64,000 nucleotides of DNA, taken from assembly GCA_018830945.1 (NCBI GenBank), contig JAHJRD010000093.1, positions 14,495 to 78,494 of the forward strand, in the 5' to 3' direction. The position numbers and the translations under genes are program-made. How positions within the stretch are numbered: position 1 is the stretch's first letter; each line of letters opens with the position of its first letter. This document shows positions 26,566 through 35,825 of the stretch, piece by piece. The DNA comes from Nanobdellota archaeon (lineage in GTDB: Archaea > Nanobdellota > Nanobdellia > SCGC-AAA011-G17 > GW2011-AR17). The notes under the pieces are model-generated. The model ran no database searches. It was given only the letters and a program-made list of their open reading frames with translations, and had not been told where the DNA came from.

Positions 26566-28323
26566 CTAATCCTTAAGCAATTTCTCAGCAATAGCCGCAA
26601 ACGCAGGCCTTGTTATGAAAACGCCTATTGTAATGCCTAATATTGTTGTAACTGCAAAGCCCCTTACCAATCCTGCGCCTGCATTCCACAACGGCACCAT
26701 TGCAGCAACATTTGTAGCGTAAGCTGCAAATATTATGAAGAAAGCCCGTTTCATCCTCAGCTTCCAGTTTGAGTACATCTCTTTCTTGCCCTTCATGACT
26801 TCATCAATAATAACTATCTGGTCATCCACTCCAGTGCCTACAGCAGCTATGATGCCTGCAATTGCAGCCATGTCAAGGTTCCACTGTATCAACGCTGCAA
26901 ATCCCAATAATATGATAATCTCGCTTGCGCTTGTAATCATCATAGGCACAAGAATCTTCAATGACCTATACCTTACCAAGATAACAGCAGCAACGCCAAG
27001 CAAGGCAACAAGCACAACACTAAATGAATTTCTTACGAATTGTTTCCCAAGCACAGGGGATATTGTGTCAAGCTTCATTATCTCCAAATCAAAAGGCAAA
27101 GAGCCTGTAATCAATACTGTCTGCAGCTTGTTCATGTTATTAACAGCAGCTTCAATCGCGGCATTCCTGTTCGCGCCTGTTCCAGGCCCTGATATTGCAA
27201 TTGCAGTTGTCTCGCTTCCCTTTAAGTCAGTGCCAATCTGCAGGCTGTCAACCATCTTGTCATCAAGATAAAAGTCAATATGCTCGCTAAGTATTTCCTT
27301 GCCTTCCTCTGATGCAATCACATCAAGCTTATTTGTTATCTCAGCGTGCCTTTTTGCAGCCTCAGGAGTGATATGTATTACAAACTCAAACCTGCAGTAC
27401 TCTCCGCCTGATATTGTGCTGCAGCTTCTTATGCCTGAGCAGCTGCCGTCATCCCTGCATACAAATGTAATATCCCTCTCTCCTCCGATAAACACAGTCT
27501 CGTTTCCAATCCTTGCCTCAAACCTTCCCTGCTTTGCAATCAGGTCCTTTACTTCTTCCTTTGAAACGCCTGCAATCTCAATAAGTATGAATGTCTCGCC
27601 CATCCAGTCAGCAGCAGACCTTATCCTCATGTCACTAAGCCCGTACACATTCAGCCTGTTGCTCAACACGCTTATCAAATCAGAAATATCCTTGTCAGAC
27701 ACAGTGCCGTTCTCTGCTATTGGCTTAAGCAAAACCCTTGTTCCGCCTTCCAAATCAAGCCCTTTCTTAAGATTGCTTTTTGCAGCAACCCCCACTGTAA
27801 TCTTTGGCGCGCCCCTTGCTAAAAAAGCCGCCTGCGCCTTGTCTGTTGTGATTTTTATTATTTTCTTTGGGAGTATCCTGTTAAGCTCATCATCAAGCCC
27901 TGTCTTGTTTGAAACATTCAGATTATTCACAGAAAGCACAATATCATCATTCTGCAGCATTGAAACCATTTCAGATGAAATTACAGTAAGATTCTCATCA
28001 ACTGCAAACCCAAAGCTGTCAGTGATATTATATTCAAGCAAGATAGTTTCATTGCGCCTGCTTACTTCTGCTGAAAAAACCTGCTGCTCATTTTCAAACT
28101 GCAGCATGGCATTCTTGAAATCCATTACAGATGTTATAGGCTGCTCATTCACGCTTTGCACAATCTGCCCCACTGCAATTCCTGCAAGCGCAGCATCAGA
28201 GCCCGGCTCAACAGTTTTTACCTGCACGCCCACTGCATAAGGTGAAGGCTTTATTGCCATTACTGCAAATAAAAGAAAAGCTATTAATATCCACACTCTG
28301 ATGGGCATCTTCCATTTTCCCAC
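26566..28323 (-). CDS. secD: protein-export membrane protein SecD (with N-terminal PDZ-like extension)
   Basis: C-terminal 6-TM SecD/SecF core (GVDDQIVIIDEV..., AAYATNVAAMVPLW). Start overlaps the secF stop. Confidence 0.8.
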   Translation of the reverse strand: MGKWKMPIRVWILIAFLLFAVMAIKPSPYAVGVQVKTVEPGSDAALAGIAVGQIVQSVNEQPITSVMDFKNAMLQFENEQQVFSAEVSRRNETILLEYNITDSFGFAVDENLTVISSEMVSMLQNDDIVLSVNNLNVSNKTGLDDELNRILPKKIIKITTDKAQAAFLARGAPKITVGVAAKSNLKKGLDLEGGTRVLLKPIAENGTVSDKDISDLISVLSNRLNVYGLSDMRIRSAADWMGETFILIEIAGVSKEEVKDLIAKQGRFEARIGNETVFIGGERDITFVCRDDGSCSGIRSCSTISGGEYCRFEFVIHITPEAAKRHAEITNKLDVIASEEGKEILSEHIDFYLDDKMVDSLQIGTDLKGSETTAIAISGPGTGANRNAAIEAAVNNMNKLQTVLITGSLPFDLEIMKLDTISPVLGKQFVRNSFSVVLVALLGVAAVILVRYRSLKILVPMMITSASEIIILLGFAALIQWNLDMAAIAGIIAAVGTGVDDQIVIIDEVMKGKKEMYSNWKLRMKRAFFIIFAAYATNVAAMVPLWNAGAGLVRGFAVTTILGITIGVFITRPAFAAIAEKLLKD

Positions 28324-29222
28324 TAATTCTCACCTGCCTTTCGCTTTACCCACCAGACAAGAACCCCTGTGTTAAACAGGTAAGTCACAACCATGTCATA
28401 CAAAAGCCCCAATATTAATATAAGGAATATTTCCTTGATAACATAGCTCTGGGATATGAAATATCCTGCAGTAAGCGCAACAATGGTTGTCGTTGTCATT
28501 GTCAGCCCTGTTTTCATGCCGTCAAACATCCTTTCAAAGATATTTCCCTCTTCCCTTCTTTTCAGCGCCTTTGTTGTTATGAGAATGTCAGTGTCAATTG
28601 AATAGCCAATAAGCATTAGCAAGGCAGCTATGCCTGCTGTTGAAAGCCTCAGCCCCAATATGTTCAGCATTGCCACTGCAAATGCCATGTCGCAGAATGC
28701 GCAGAACACTACAGTAAGCGAAGGGATTAATGAGCGAAATGTAATCAGGACAACAATGCCCATGAAGACAAAGGCAAGCATTATCGCAGTAAGCATCTGC
28801 CTGTAAAACGATTCTCCAAGGCTGCTTCCAACCTGCTCTGATGAATAATTGTCAGAGGTAAGCAAAAACCCGCTTTGTTTTTCCTGCATGTTTTCCTCAA
28901 CAGCTTTTTTCAAAACTTCTTCTTCCAAATCAGAAGCTTCCACTAATATTCCTGTCTGCTCTTCAGTGCCGAACTCAGTAAGCGTCCTTACAAGAATATC
29001 AGAGGCAGGGAATTGCTGCGCAAGCGAGTCCTGCATACTGGGAACCTTAATATTAGTGGAAATTGTTATTGTGATGCCGCCTTTCAGCGTAACATCCCTG
29101 TCAACAAAATCCCCTGTCCTCGCGTAATGCATGCCGATTATTGCCAATGAGAACACTAGCACGATAAGCGGAACAAAAAACAGTTTTTTGTAATGATTTG
29201 CATACCACTCTTTAACATCCAT
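28323..29222 (-). CDS. secF: protein-export membrane protein SecF
   Basis: SecF topology and motifs (LIGYSIDTDILITTKAL). Translationally coupled to secD. Confidence 0.8.
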   Translation of the reverse strand: MDVKEWYANHYKKLFFVPLIVLVFSLAIIGMHYARTGDFVDRDVTLKGGITITISTNIKVPSMQDSLAQQFPASDILVRTLTEFGTEEQTGILVEASDLEEEVLKKAVEENMQEKQSGFLLTSDNYSSEQVGSSLGESFYRQMLTAIMLAFVFMGIVVLITFRSLIPSLTVVFCAFCDMAFAVAMLNILGLRLSTAGIAALLMLIGYSIDTDILITTKALKRREEGNIFERMFDGMKTGLTMTTTTIVALTAGYFISQSYVIKEIFLILILGLLYDMVVTYLFNTGVLVWWVKRKAGEN

Positions 29223-29402
29223 CTGGAAAAGAAATAAGGTTAAGATTTATATATGTTTGCATAAAAGCCGAAATCTGTATTACCCAAAATAAGAGCTGCC
29301 TTTCTCTGCTAATTCCCTGCATCCAGTTTGTTCAGCGCTTTCGGAAAGCACCTTCACTTCGTTCGGAAAGCTTTATTAATCCAATTGCCATTAGTTTTGT
29401 TG

Positions 29403-30335
29403 ATGGAAGAAGAGGCGATTATCAAATTTGAAAATATATCCAAATCTTTTGGCAGGAAAAAAGTGCTTAACAATGTCAGCATTTCAATTCCAAGAGGAAG
29501 CTATTTCGGAATTATAGGACTGAGCGGCTCTGGAAAGACAACCCTGCTTAACATTCTTTTAGGATACTGGAAGCAGAGCAGCGGAAAGGTTTTTTTCAAT
29601 GGCAAGCAGATAAAGCACAACAAGTCAGCAATACACACAAACATCGGCTTTGCAACGCAGGGCATTTCAGTCTACCCATTGCTGACAGTAAAAGAGAACC
29701 TTGCGTATTTTGGAAGGCTGTACGGAATGAAGGAAGAGAGCATAAATAAAAGGTCAAAGGCGCTTCTTGATCTCATAGACCTTACAGATGATGAGGATCT
29801 TCTTGCAAAAGAGCTTTCAACAGGGATGTTAAGGCGGCTTGACATTGCATGCTCTTTAATACACAACCCTATGGTTCTTGTGCTTGACGAGCCGACAGAG
29901 GACCTTGACCCTGTATTAAGAAAAGAAATGCTTGCATTAATCAAGAAAATAAATGACTCTGGAAAGACAATCATGATGACATCGCACATGCTAGATGAAG
30001 TTGAGGTTGTGTGCTCTAAGATAGCGATAATCCATAACGGCGAAATAATAGAAACAGGCAGCCCTGAAGAGCTGAAAAACAGGTATTCAAAGAATGATGA
30101 GATACACCTTTCAACAAAGCCGGGCAATTACGAGGAAATGCTGAAAAAGCTCGGCAAGCTCAACCTTTCCAATATTGTCCTGAAAAGGAATAAGATTGTG
30201 CTTTACACGCCGTCTGCGGAAAAAGTTCTCAAGCACCTGCTCGCCATTATTAATACCGGCAGGGAAAAGATTATCAGCCTGAAAGTGCACAGGCCAACAA
30301 TGGAGGAAGTGTTTGAATACATAACAAAAAGATGA
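29403..30335 (+). CDS. ABC transporter ATP-binding protein
   Basis: Walker A GLSGSGKTT, signature LSTGMLRRL, Walker B LVLDEPT. ATGA overlap with the permease gene. Confidence 0.8.
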   Translation: MEEEAIIKFENISKSFGRKKVLNNVSISIPRGSYFGIIGLSGSGKTTLLNILLGYWKQSSGKVFFNGKQIKHNKSAIHTNIGFATQGISVYPLLTVKENLAYFGRLYGMKEESINKRSKALLDLIDLTDDEDLLAKELSTGMLRRLDIACSLIHNPMVLVLDEPTEDLDPVLRKEMLALIKKINDSGKTIMMTSHMLDEVEVVCSKIAIIHNGEIIETGSPEELKNRYSKNDEIHLSTKPGNYEEMLKKLGKLNLSNIVLKRNKIVLYTPSAEKVLKHLLAIINTGREKIISLKVHRPTMEEVFEYITKR

Positions 30336-32017
30336 AAGCAAGCGAACTCTACAGCAAAAGTGAAGATGATGAAGGAAGGAATGTCAAGAAATTGATGGAC
30401 GCCAAACGGCAGGGCGGCAGAAGGGATTATTCAGCGCTTATGGACAATGTGCAGATGCGCGGCAGGCTCAACCCATTATCAAAGCTGTTTCGCATCATTA
30501 TAAAAAATTACAAGATTCTTATAAGGACCAGAACCTCTGCTCTTATCTTCCTGCTTGGGCCGCTTCTCATCATGGCGCTTGTGAGCATAGGATTTAACAC
30601 ATCCACATTGTATGGGGTTAACATAGCATCATACTCAGAATCATACTCGCCGCTTGCAGAGGCGCTTATCTCAAATTTGAGCAGCGGAGAATACATAATA
30701 CAGAAGGTTGAAACCCAGGATAAATGTATGAATGCTGTCAAGCTTGGAGAATACCCTGTATGCATCCTGTTTCCAAATGACATGGCTGTTGACAACAGCG
30801 CAAGGAATGTCATCACGCTTTACATTGATGAATCAAGGCTGAACATTGCAAATGCAATAACTGAGAAATTAAGCAGCAAGGTTGCTGTGCAGGCTGATGC
30901 GCTAAGCATGGGCGCAGTAAGCCAGATACTTAACGCGCTTGACAATATTAACAGGGAAGCAGAAGCTGCAAAAAGCGGAAGCGCAATACTTTCATCAAAC
31001 AATGCTGAAGAAGCAAGCACGCTGGCAACCGCGCTTTCAAGCATTGAGGATTTTGACTTGACAGCCAGCGCTATTGACACATCAGGGCCTGCAAGTGAAA
31101 TCAGCAGCATCCAGAGCAGGCTGAACCTAAGCTCAAGCGAATTCACTGCGCTGACTGCCAGCGTTAACACAGTCATCAATGAGTATAACAGCATCCGCGG
31201 AAAGCTTGACACTGCAAAAACAAACGCAGGCGCTGTGCAGGAGAACACAGTATCTGCAAAAAACAAGGTTAATGCTGACACAGCAATAATCAGGGATGTG
31301 AATGCAAAAATTGATACCATCAAGACAAATGTAGGCTCAGTCAAGATTACCAATGTTGAATCAATTGTAAGCCCGATAAAGATTTCAGTTCAGCCGCTTA
31401 CAAAAACAAAGAATTATTTCATATACATACTTCCTGCGCTCCTCATACTGCTTATAATGCTTGTCAGCCTGCTTATCAGCTCAACAGGCGTTATCCGCGA
31501 GAAAGAATCATCTGCATCATTAAGGAACTTTATCACCCCGACAAGCCCGGGCACATTCCTGCTCGCGCATTACCTTACTTACATAAGCATAATAGGGCTG
31601 CAGTCAGCAATAATGCTCGGAGTGACAAGGATTTTCATTAAAGATGTTCCTTTCACGACTTACCTGCTTGCCTTGGCTTTGTTAGTTATATTCGCAACAC
31701 TCTTTATATTCATAGGAATGTTCATAGGCACAATCTTCAATACAGGCGAAAGCGCAACAGTTGCTTCTGTGTCAATAGCAATAATCACCCTTGTGTTCTC
31801 AAACAGCATACTGCCTCTTGAGACACTTTCAGGGTTCCTCAGGCTTGTGGTTGAGTATAATCCGTTTGTGATGATGGAGAAGATGCTGAAAGGGCTGTTC
31901 CTGTTTGAAGCATCTATTGCAAGCATGACAAACCTTTATCTTATTCTCGGGTTCATAGGCGGAGCTGCGCTGATTACAATAGTTCTGCAGATAATGAGAG
32001 AAAAATTGATGAGGTAA
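30332..32017 (+). CDS. ABC-2-type permease with large extracytoplasmic loop
   Basis: N-terminal TM helix, ~300-aa loop, then five C-terminal TM helices. Coupled to the ATPase gene. Confidence 0.55.
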   Translation: MKASELYSKSEDDEGRNVKKLMDAKRQGGRRDYSALMDNVQMRGRLNPLSKLFRIIIKNYKILIRTRTSALIFLLGPLLIMALVSIGFNTSTLYGVNIASYSESYSPLAEALISNLSSGEYIIQKVETQDKCMNAVKLGEYPVCILFPNDMAVDNSARNVITLYIDESRLNIANAITEKLSSKVAVQADALSMGAVSQILNALDNINREAEAAKSGSAILSSNNAEEASTLATALSSIEDFDLTASAIDTSGPASEISSIQSRLNLSSSEFTALTASVNTVINEYNSIRGKLDTAKTNAGAVQENTVSAKNKVNADTAIIRDVNAKIDTIKTNVGSVKITNVESIVSPIKISVQPLTKTKNYFIYILPALLILLIMLVSLLISSTGVIREKESSASLRNFITPTSPGTFLLAHYLTYISIIGLQSAIMLGVTRIFIKDVPFTTYLLALALLVIFATLFIFIGMFIGTIFNTGESATVASVSIAIITLVFSNSILPLETLSGFLRLVVEYNPFVMMEKMLKGLFLFEASIASMTNLYLILGFIGGAALITIVLQIMREKLMR

Positions 32018-32100
32018 AGGCCTGCCTCTGGCGCACATTGATTAATTTTATTTTTTCAAAACATTAAAAGCAGTTGAATTCCAGCGAAGCTCAGCTTTTC
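32018..32100. repeat. intergenic repeat family 2, copy R1
   Basis: AGGCCTGCCTCTGGCGCACATTGATTAATTTTATT...CCAGCGAAGCTCAGC is ~80% identical to 35738..35825. Confidence 0.45.
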
Positions 32101-32864
32101 TACTTAGTCAATGTCCGCCACAAATACACAAGGAAGAAAACGCCGGACATGGCAAGAGCCATTATCAATGCAGGCAGCGCGCCAAGGAAATACAAAAGTA
32201 TTGCTGTTCCCAAGATAAAAACAAAACTGAACGCGTAAAGAGGAGTTGAGCCAATCATTACCTTCAACCCGTCAAGCCCCAACAAAGGAAGCATGTCAAA
32301 CACAGGCATTATTGAATTTATCAATACAAGCTCTGCAAACATTCCGGAGGGGCTTATCAATTTGAAGAATATTGCAAGCAGGATGTTTGCCATTGGCCCT
32401 GCCAAAGCAATCTTTGCCTCTTCAAAATCAGTAACCTCTATTATCTTGTGCCCGAACCTGTGCTCTTTTTTTATGACAAGCCCGTATGAACTCACTGCTG
32501 TAAAAAACAGTCTTCCGTTTGACAAAAGCATTACAAGCAGGCACAATACTATTCCAATTGGAAATGAATGAATTGTAATGTCCCTGCCGAATATATGAAC
32601 TTTTTTTGGGAATCTCTCTCTCAAGAAAAATCTCTTTATGCCCCATATCCTGTATTCGCTTATGAAGCCGTACTTCTTTGCCATTAAGTCATGCGCAAAG
32701 TCATGCACAAAAACACTTATTGTGACAAACACCAGCATTTTAACGAAATTCAAAAGCCAGTTTGCCAGGACAAACTCCTGGCTCTTGTCATTGAATGCAA
32801 ATGCAAGCCCAAGCGTAAGTATGATTACTGCAAAATACTTTAATTCGTTTTTTGTGTATTCCAT
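32100..32864 (-). CDS. site-2-protease (M50)-like membrane protein with HDxxH variant motif
   Basis: VHDFAHDL where S2P has HExxH. FDMLPLLGLDG matches the S2P NxxPxxxLDG motif. Polytopic. Confidence 0.5.
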   Translation of the reverse strand: MEYTKNELKYFAVIILTLGLAFAFNDKSQEFVLANWLLNFVKMLVFVTISVFVHDFAHDLMAKKYGFISEYRIWGIKRFFLRERFPKKVHIFGRDITIHSFPIGIVLCLLVMLLSNGRLFFTAVSSYGLVIKKEHRFGHKIIEVTDFEEAKIALAGPMANILLAIFFKLISPSGMFAELVLINSIMPVFDMLPLLGLDGLKVMIGSTPLYAFSFVFILGTAILLYFLGALPALIMALAMSGVFFLVYLWRTLTK

Positions 32865-33577
32865 GTTTTTTCCATAGATTTTATCTCTTTTATTATCCCT
32901 GCTTCGTGACCCGCGCCAACAACAGCAACAATACAATCATATTTCACCATAAGGTTATATAAATGTTTTGCCATGACAGTGTTCCGCTCTGCAATCAATG
33001 CATTGTACACAGAAGGGTACCTTTTTCTTACATGGCTTATCATTTTGGTTATAATCCCTGCATCAGGCACTTTCCTTAAATCAAACGCCATCCTGTTGCT
33101 GTTTGAAAAAACTCCGAATAGCAAATCCCACAGGAACCTGAATTTCTCTTTCCATGTAATCTGCCTGAAAAGGCTTTTCAGTGTATCCCTTATATCACGG
33201 TCAATCAAGGCAATCTCTGCATTGCACTCTTTTGCCACTTTAGCAGCTGCTTTCATCTCATCTCCAGGAGAAGTGCCAACCACCTTTCCCAGCTTGTTCT
33301 CAACCCATGCCCCTATTAAAGTGAATATGAATGCTTTAACCCCCAATGCATAAATATCCTTTAATGAAGGCTTTTTCCGCTTTTTGTGCATCAGACCATA
33401 AAACCTACCCTCATCAAGCTCCAGGGCAACTATTTGCGGCTTGTGCACTGTAATGGCCTTTACAACCTCCTTTATGCTTTCAACAGCAATGTGCGAAGTG
33501 CCGATGAGATAAAGCCCTTTATATTTAAGCATAGTATCCGGAATGGCGGAAACTATATAAATATGTTTTAACTTCAC
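32840..33577 (-). CDS. TraB/PrgY-family protein
   Basis: LIGTSHIAVESI ... ALELD ... AVVGAGH blocks typical of the TraB family. Confidence 0.5.
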   Translation of the reverse strand: MKLKHIYIVSAIPDTMLKYKGLYLIGTSHIAVESIKEVVKAITVHKPQIVALELDEGRFYGLMHKKRKKPSLKDIYALGVKAFIFTLIGAWVENKLGKVVGTSPGDEMKAAAKVAKECNAEIALIDRDIRDTLKSLFRQITWKEKFRFLWDLLFGVFSNSNRMAFDLRKVPDAGIITKMISHVRKRYPSVYNALIAERNTVMAKHLYNLMVKYDCIVAVVGAGHEAGIIKEIKSMEKTWNTQKTN

Positions 33578-33621
33578 CAGTAATATATAGTATTCATGTT
33601 ACATGAAAAGGAGGAATTGAT

Positions 33622-33906
33622 ATGTTAAAGATAAAGCAGATAACAGACGTTTTCGACATGCAAGTCTTCACAGACACCGGGGACTATTTCGGCGATGTGG
33701 AAGAGGCGATACTCCAGGCAAACAAGATTTACGGCTGGAGAATAAGGGCTACAAGGAACTCTTTCCTTACAAAGCTGCTCGGCGGGGCAAAGGGCGTTGT
33801 CGTGCCCCACAACCTTGTCAAGGCAATCGGCGATGTAATGGTGGTTTCAAAATCAGCTGTACCCTCATATGAAGAGGAAGAAACAGCGCAGGGTTCTGAG
33901 TATTAA
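33622..33906 (+). CDS. PRC-barrel domain protein
   Basis: About 90 aa with a PRC-barrel-like pattern (VFTDTGDYFGDVEEAIL...GWRI). SD GGAGG upstream. Confidence 0.5.
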   Translation: MLKIKQITDVFDMQVFTDTGDYFGDVEEAILQANKIYGWRIRATRNSFLTKLLGGAKGVVVPHNLVKAIGDVMVVSKSAVPSYEEEETAQGSEY

Positions 33907-33989
33907 GCATTTTTCTATTTTTATTTTCTTCTCGAAAAGTTTATATATTGAAGTGTTCTCTTCATTAGTAGTCTTAACAAGGTAGAACA

Positions 33990-34541
33990 ATGGCAGACAC
34001 AGCATTTGGAGTTGTAATTGAATTTCTTGAGAAACTTGGATTTTTTGATGTAATCCTTCCGTTCCTGCTTGTATTCACAATTGTATTCGGCATACTTGAA
34101 AAAACAAGGATATTCGGCGTTGAAAAGATTGGGGACAAGGATTACCCAAAGAAAAGCATAAACTCAATGGTTGCATTTGCAATAGCCTTTTTCACAGTGG
34201 CTGCAAAGCAGGTGGTAACATCACTGCAAGTCTCTTTGCCTAATGTAGCATTAGTGCTTATCATAGTTGTCTGCTTTTTAATGCTGGCAGGCTCATTCAT
34301 GGGAGACAAGGAGTTCAGCCTTGAGGGAAGGAAAGGATGGGTTGCATTCCTCACAATTGTGATGTTCATAGCAGTCATCTTGATTTTCCTTAATTCATTC
34401 GGCTGGCTTGAGCCGATTACAGGCTATATAATGCAGCATACAGATACAGTCCTTATTCCGTTTGTATTAATCGCAGTAATTGTGGGGGCAATGTTCTATG
34501 TTATAGGAAGAGGCCCGAAGGAGAAGAAGGAGGAGAAGTAA
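33990..34541 (+). CDS. 4-TM membrane protein, tandem paralog 1 of 3
   Basis: Shares the ILPFLLVFTIVFGILEK block with the next two genes. Confidence 0.45.
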   Translation: MADTAFGVVIEFLEKLGFFDVILPFLLVFTIVFGILEKTRIFGVEKIGDKDYPKKSINSMVAFAIAFFTVAAKQVVTSLQVSLPNVALVLIIVVCFLMLAGSFMGDKEFSLEGRKGWVAFLTIVMFIAVILIFLNSFGWLEPITGYIMQHTDTVLIPFVLIAVIVGAMFYVIGRGPKEKKEEK

Positions 34542-35138
34542 ATGGTATTTGAAAATGTTGATTTCACTGACATGATAACTACATTGGAGGACATGGGGTT
34601 TTACCAGGTAATACTTCCTTTCATGCTTGTCTTCACAATAATGTTTGCAATTCTTCAAAAGGTAAAGCTGTTTGGCGCAGAAACTAAAAATATTAATGTG
34701 GTTGTTGCTGTAATCATAGCATTCTTTTTCGTCAGGGTTACGTCAATTGTTGCAATCATCAACCAGTTTCTGCCTAAAGTTTCAATGATAGTGCTTGTAT
34801 TATTGATGTTCATGCTGGTATTGGGCATATTCGGCTCAGGCGAGTCAACAGGATGGAGTGGATGGCCTTTCTTTGTAGGCATGGTTGGAGCTGTGTTAGG
34901 AATTGTATGGGCTCTTGTCTCATCATTCCCAGGAATGGGCGGCTCTGGCGGAAGCCTTCTTCCAAGCTGGCTGGTTATCAGCTCGCAGGACAAGGCAATA
35001 CTTTTGGCAGTCGGCATTTTCGTGCTGCTTCTGTGGGTATTCAAGGACAAGAAAGATAACGAGCCTTCATTTATGGGAAAGTTTAAAGAAGGCACAAAAC
35101 CTGAATTCTTTGGGTTTGGCGGGGGAGGCAAGAAGTAG
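34542..35138 (+). CDS. 4-TM membrane protein, tandem paralog 2 of 3
   Basis: VILPFMLVFTIMFAILQKVKLFG, with a Gly-rich C-terminus. Confidence 0.45.
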   Translation: MVFENVDFTDMITTLEDMGFYQVILPFMLVFTIMFAILQKVKLFGAETKNINVVVAVIIAFFFVRVTSIVAIINQFLPKVSMIVLVLLMFMLVLGIFGSGESTGWSGWPFFVGMVGAVLGIVWALVSSFPGMGGSGGSLLPSWLVISSQDKAILLAVGIFVLLLWVFKDKKDNEPSFMGKFKEGTKPEFFGFGGGGKK

Positions 35139-35193
35139 AAATGGTCTGCAAGCGAAGTGAGTGGACCCTCGAACGAAGGGGGACTGAGTAAGA

Positions 35194-35739
35194 ATGGCTT
35201 CAATCATGGATATTGGGCTTTTGGATTATTTTGTGCCTGTGTTCATATTCATCTTCATATTTGCAATACTTTTTGCCCTGCTTGAGAAAGTCAAGGTATT
35301 TGGGGAGAACAAGGGGCTTAATGCACTGATTTCATTTGCAATAGCCTTTCTTTTTGTATTGACTCCTGACTTGCTGGGCGTTGTCAAGATAATGACTCCC
35401 TGGTTTACAATACTGTTTGTGTTTGTCATAATGATTGTTCTATTATTCATGTTTGTCGGCGTTAAAGAAGGTGATATCACAGAGGCATTTACTGAAAAAG
35501 GCATGGTATGGATTATTGTAATCGTATGCCTGATAATCATGATTTATGCCCTGACACAGGTTTACGGCGCGCAGATACAGAACATAACTGTTGACGGGAA
35601 TACGACTGCTGATGCTTCTTCTCCGACAATGACATCGCAGGTTGGAAAGATTCTGTTCCATCCAAGGGTTTTGGGCATGTTGCTACTGCTTCTGATTGCA
35701 GCCCAGGCAGTCAGGTTTCTTGCAGGGCATGCGAAATAG
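35194..35739 (+). CDS. 4-TM membrane protein, tandem paralog 3 of 3
   Basis: FIFIFAILFALLEKVKVFGENKG. Preceded by a family-2 spacer element. Confidence 0.45.
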   Translation: MASIMDIGLLDYFVPVFIFIFIFAILFALLEKVKVFGENKGLNALISFAIAFLFVLTPDLLGVVKIMTPWFTILFVFVIMIVLLFMFVGVKEGDITEAFTEKGMVWIIVIVCLIIMIYALTQVYGAQIQNITVDGNTTADASSPTMTSQVGKILFHPRVLGMLLLLLIAAQAVRFLAGHAK

Positions 35740-35825
35740 GCAGACCTCCGGCGCACGTTAATTAATTTTATTCTTTCAAAATATTAAAAACAATAGAATT
35801 CACAGCGAAGCTCGGCTTATTTCAT
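35738..35825. repeat. intergenic repeat family 2, copy R2
   Basis: AGGCAGACCTCCGGCGCACGTTAATTAATTTTATT...CACAGCGAAGCTCGGC, lying between convergent genes. Confidence 0.45.

Noticed and set aside
26735-28240. 178-aa and 313-aa plus-strand ORFs
   Set aside because: They sit fully inside secD on the opposite strand. secD has strong family support.
30820-31353. 177-aa minus-strand ORF
   Set aside because: It lies antisense within the ABC-2 permease gene.
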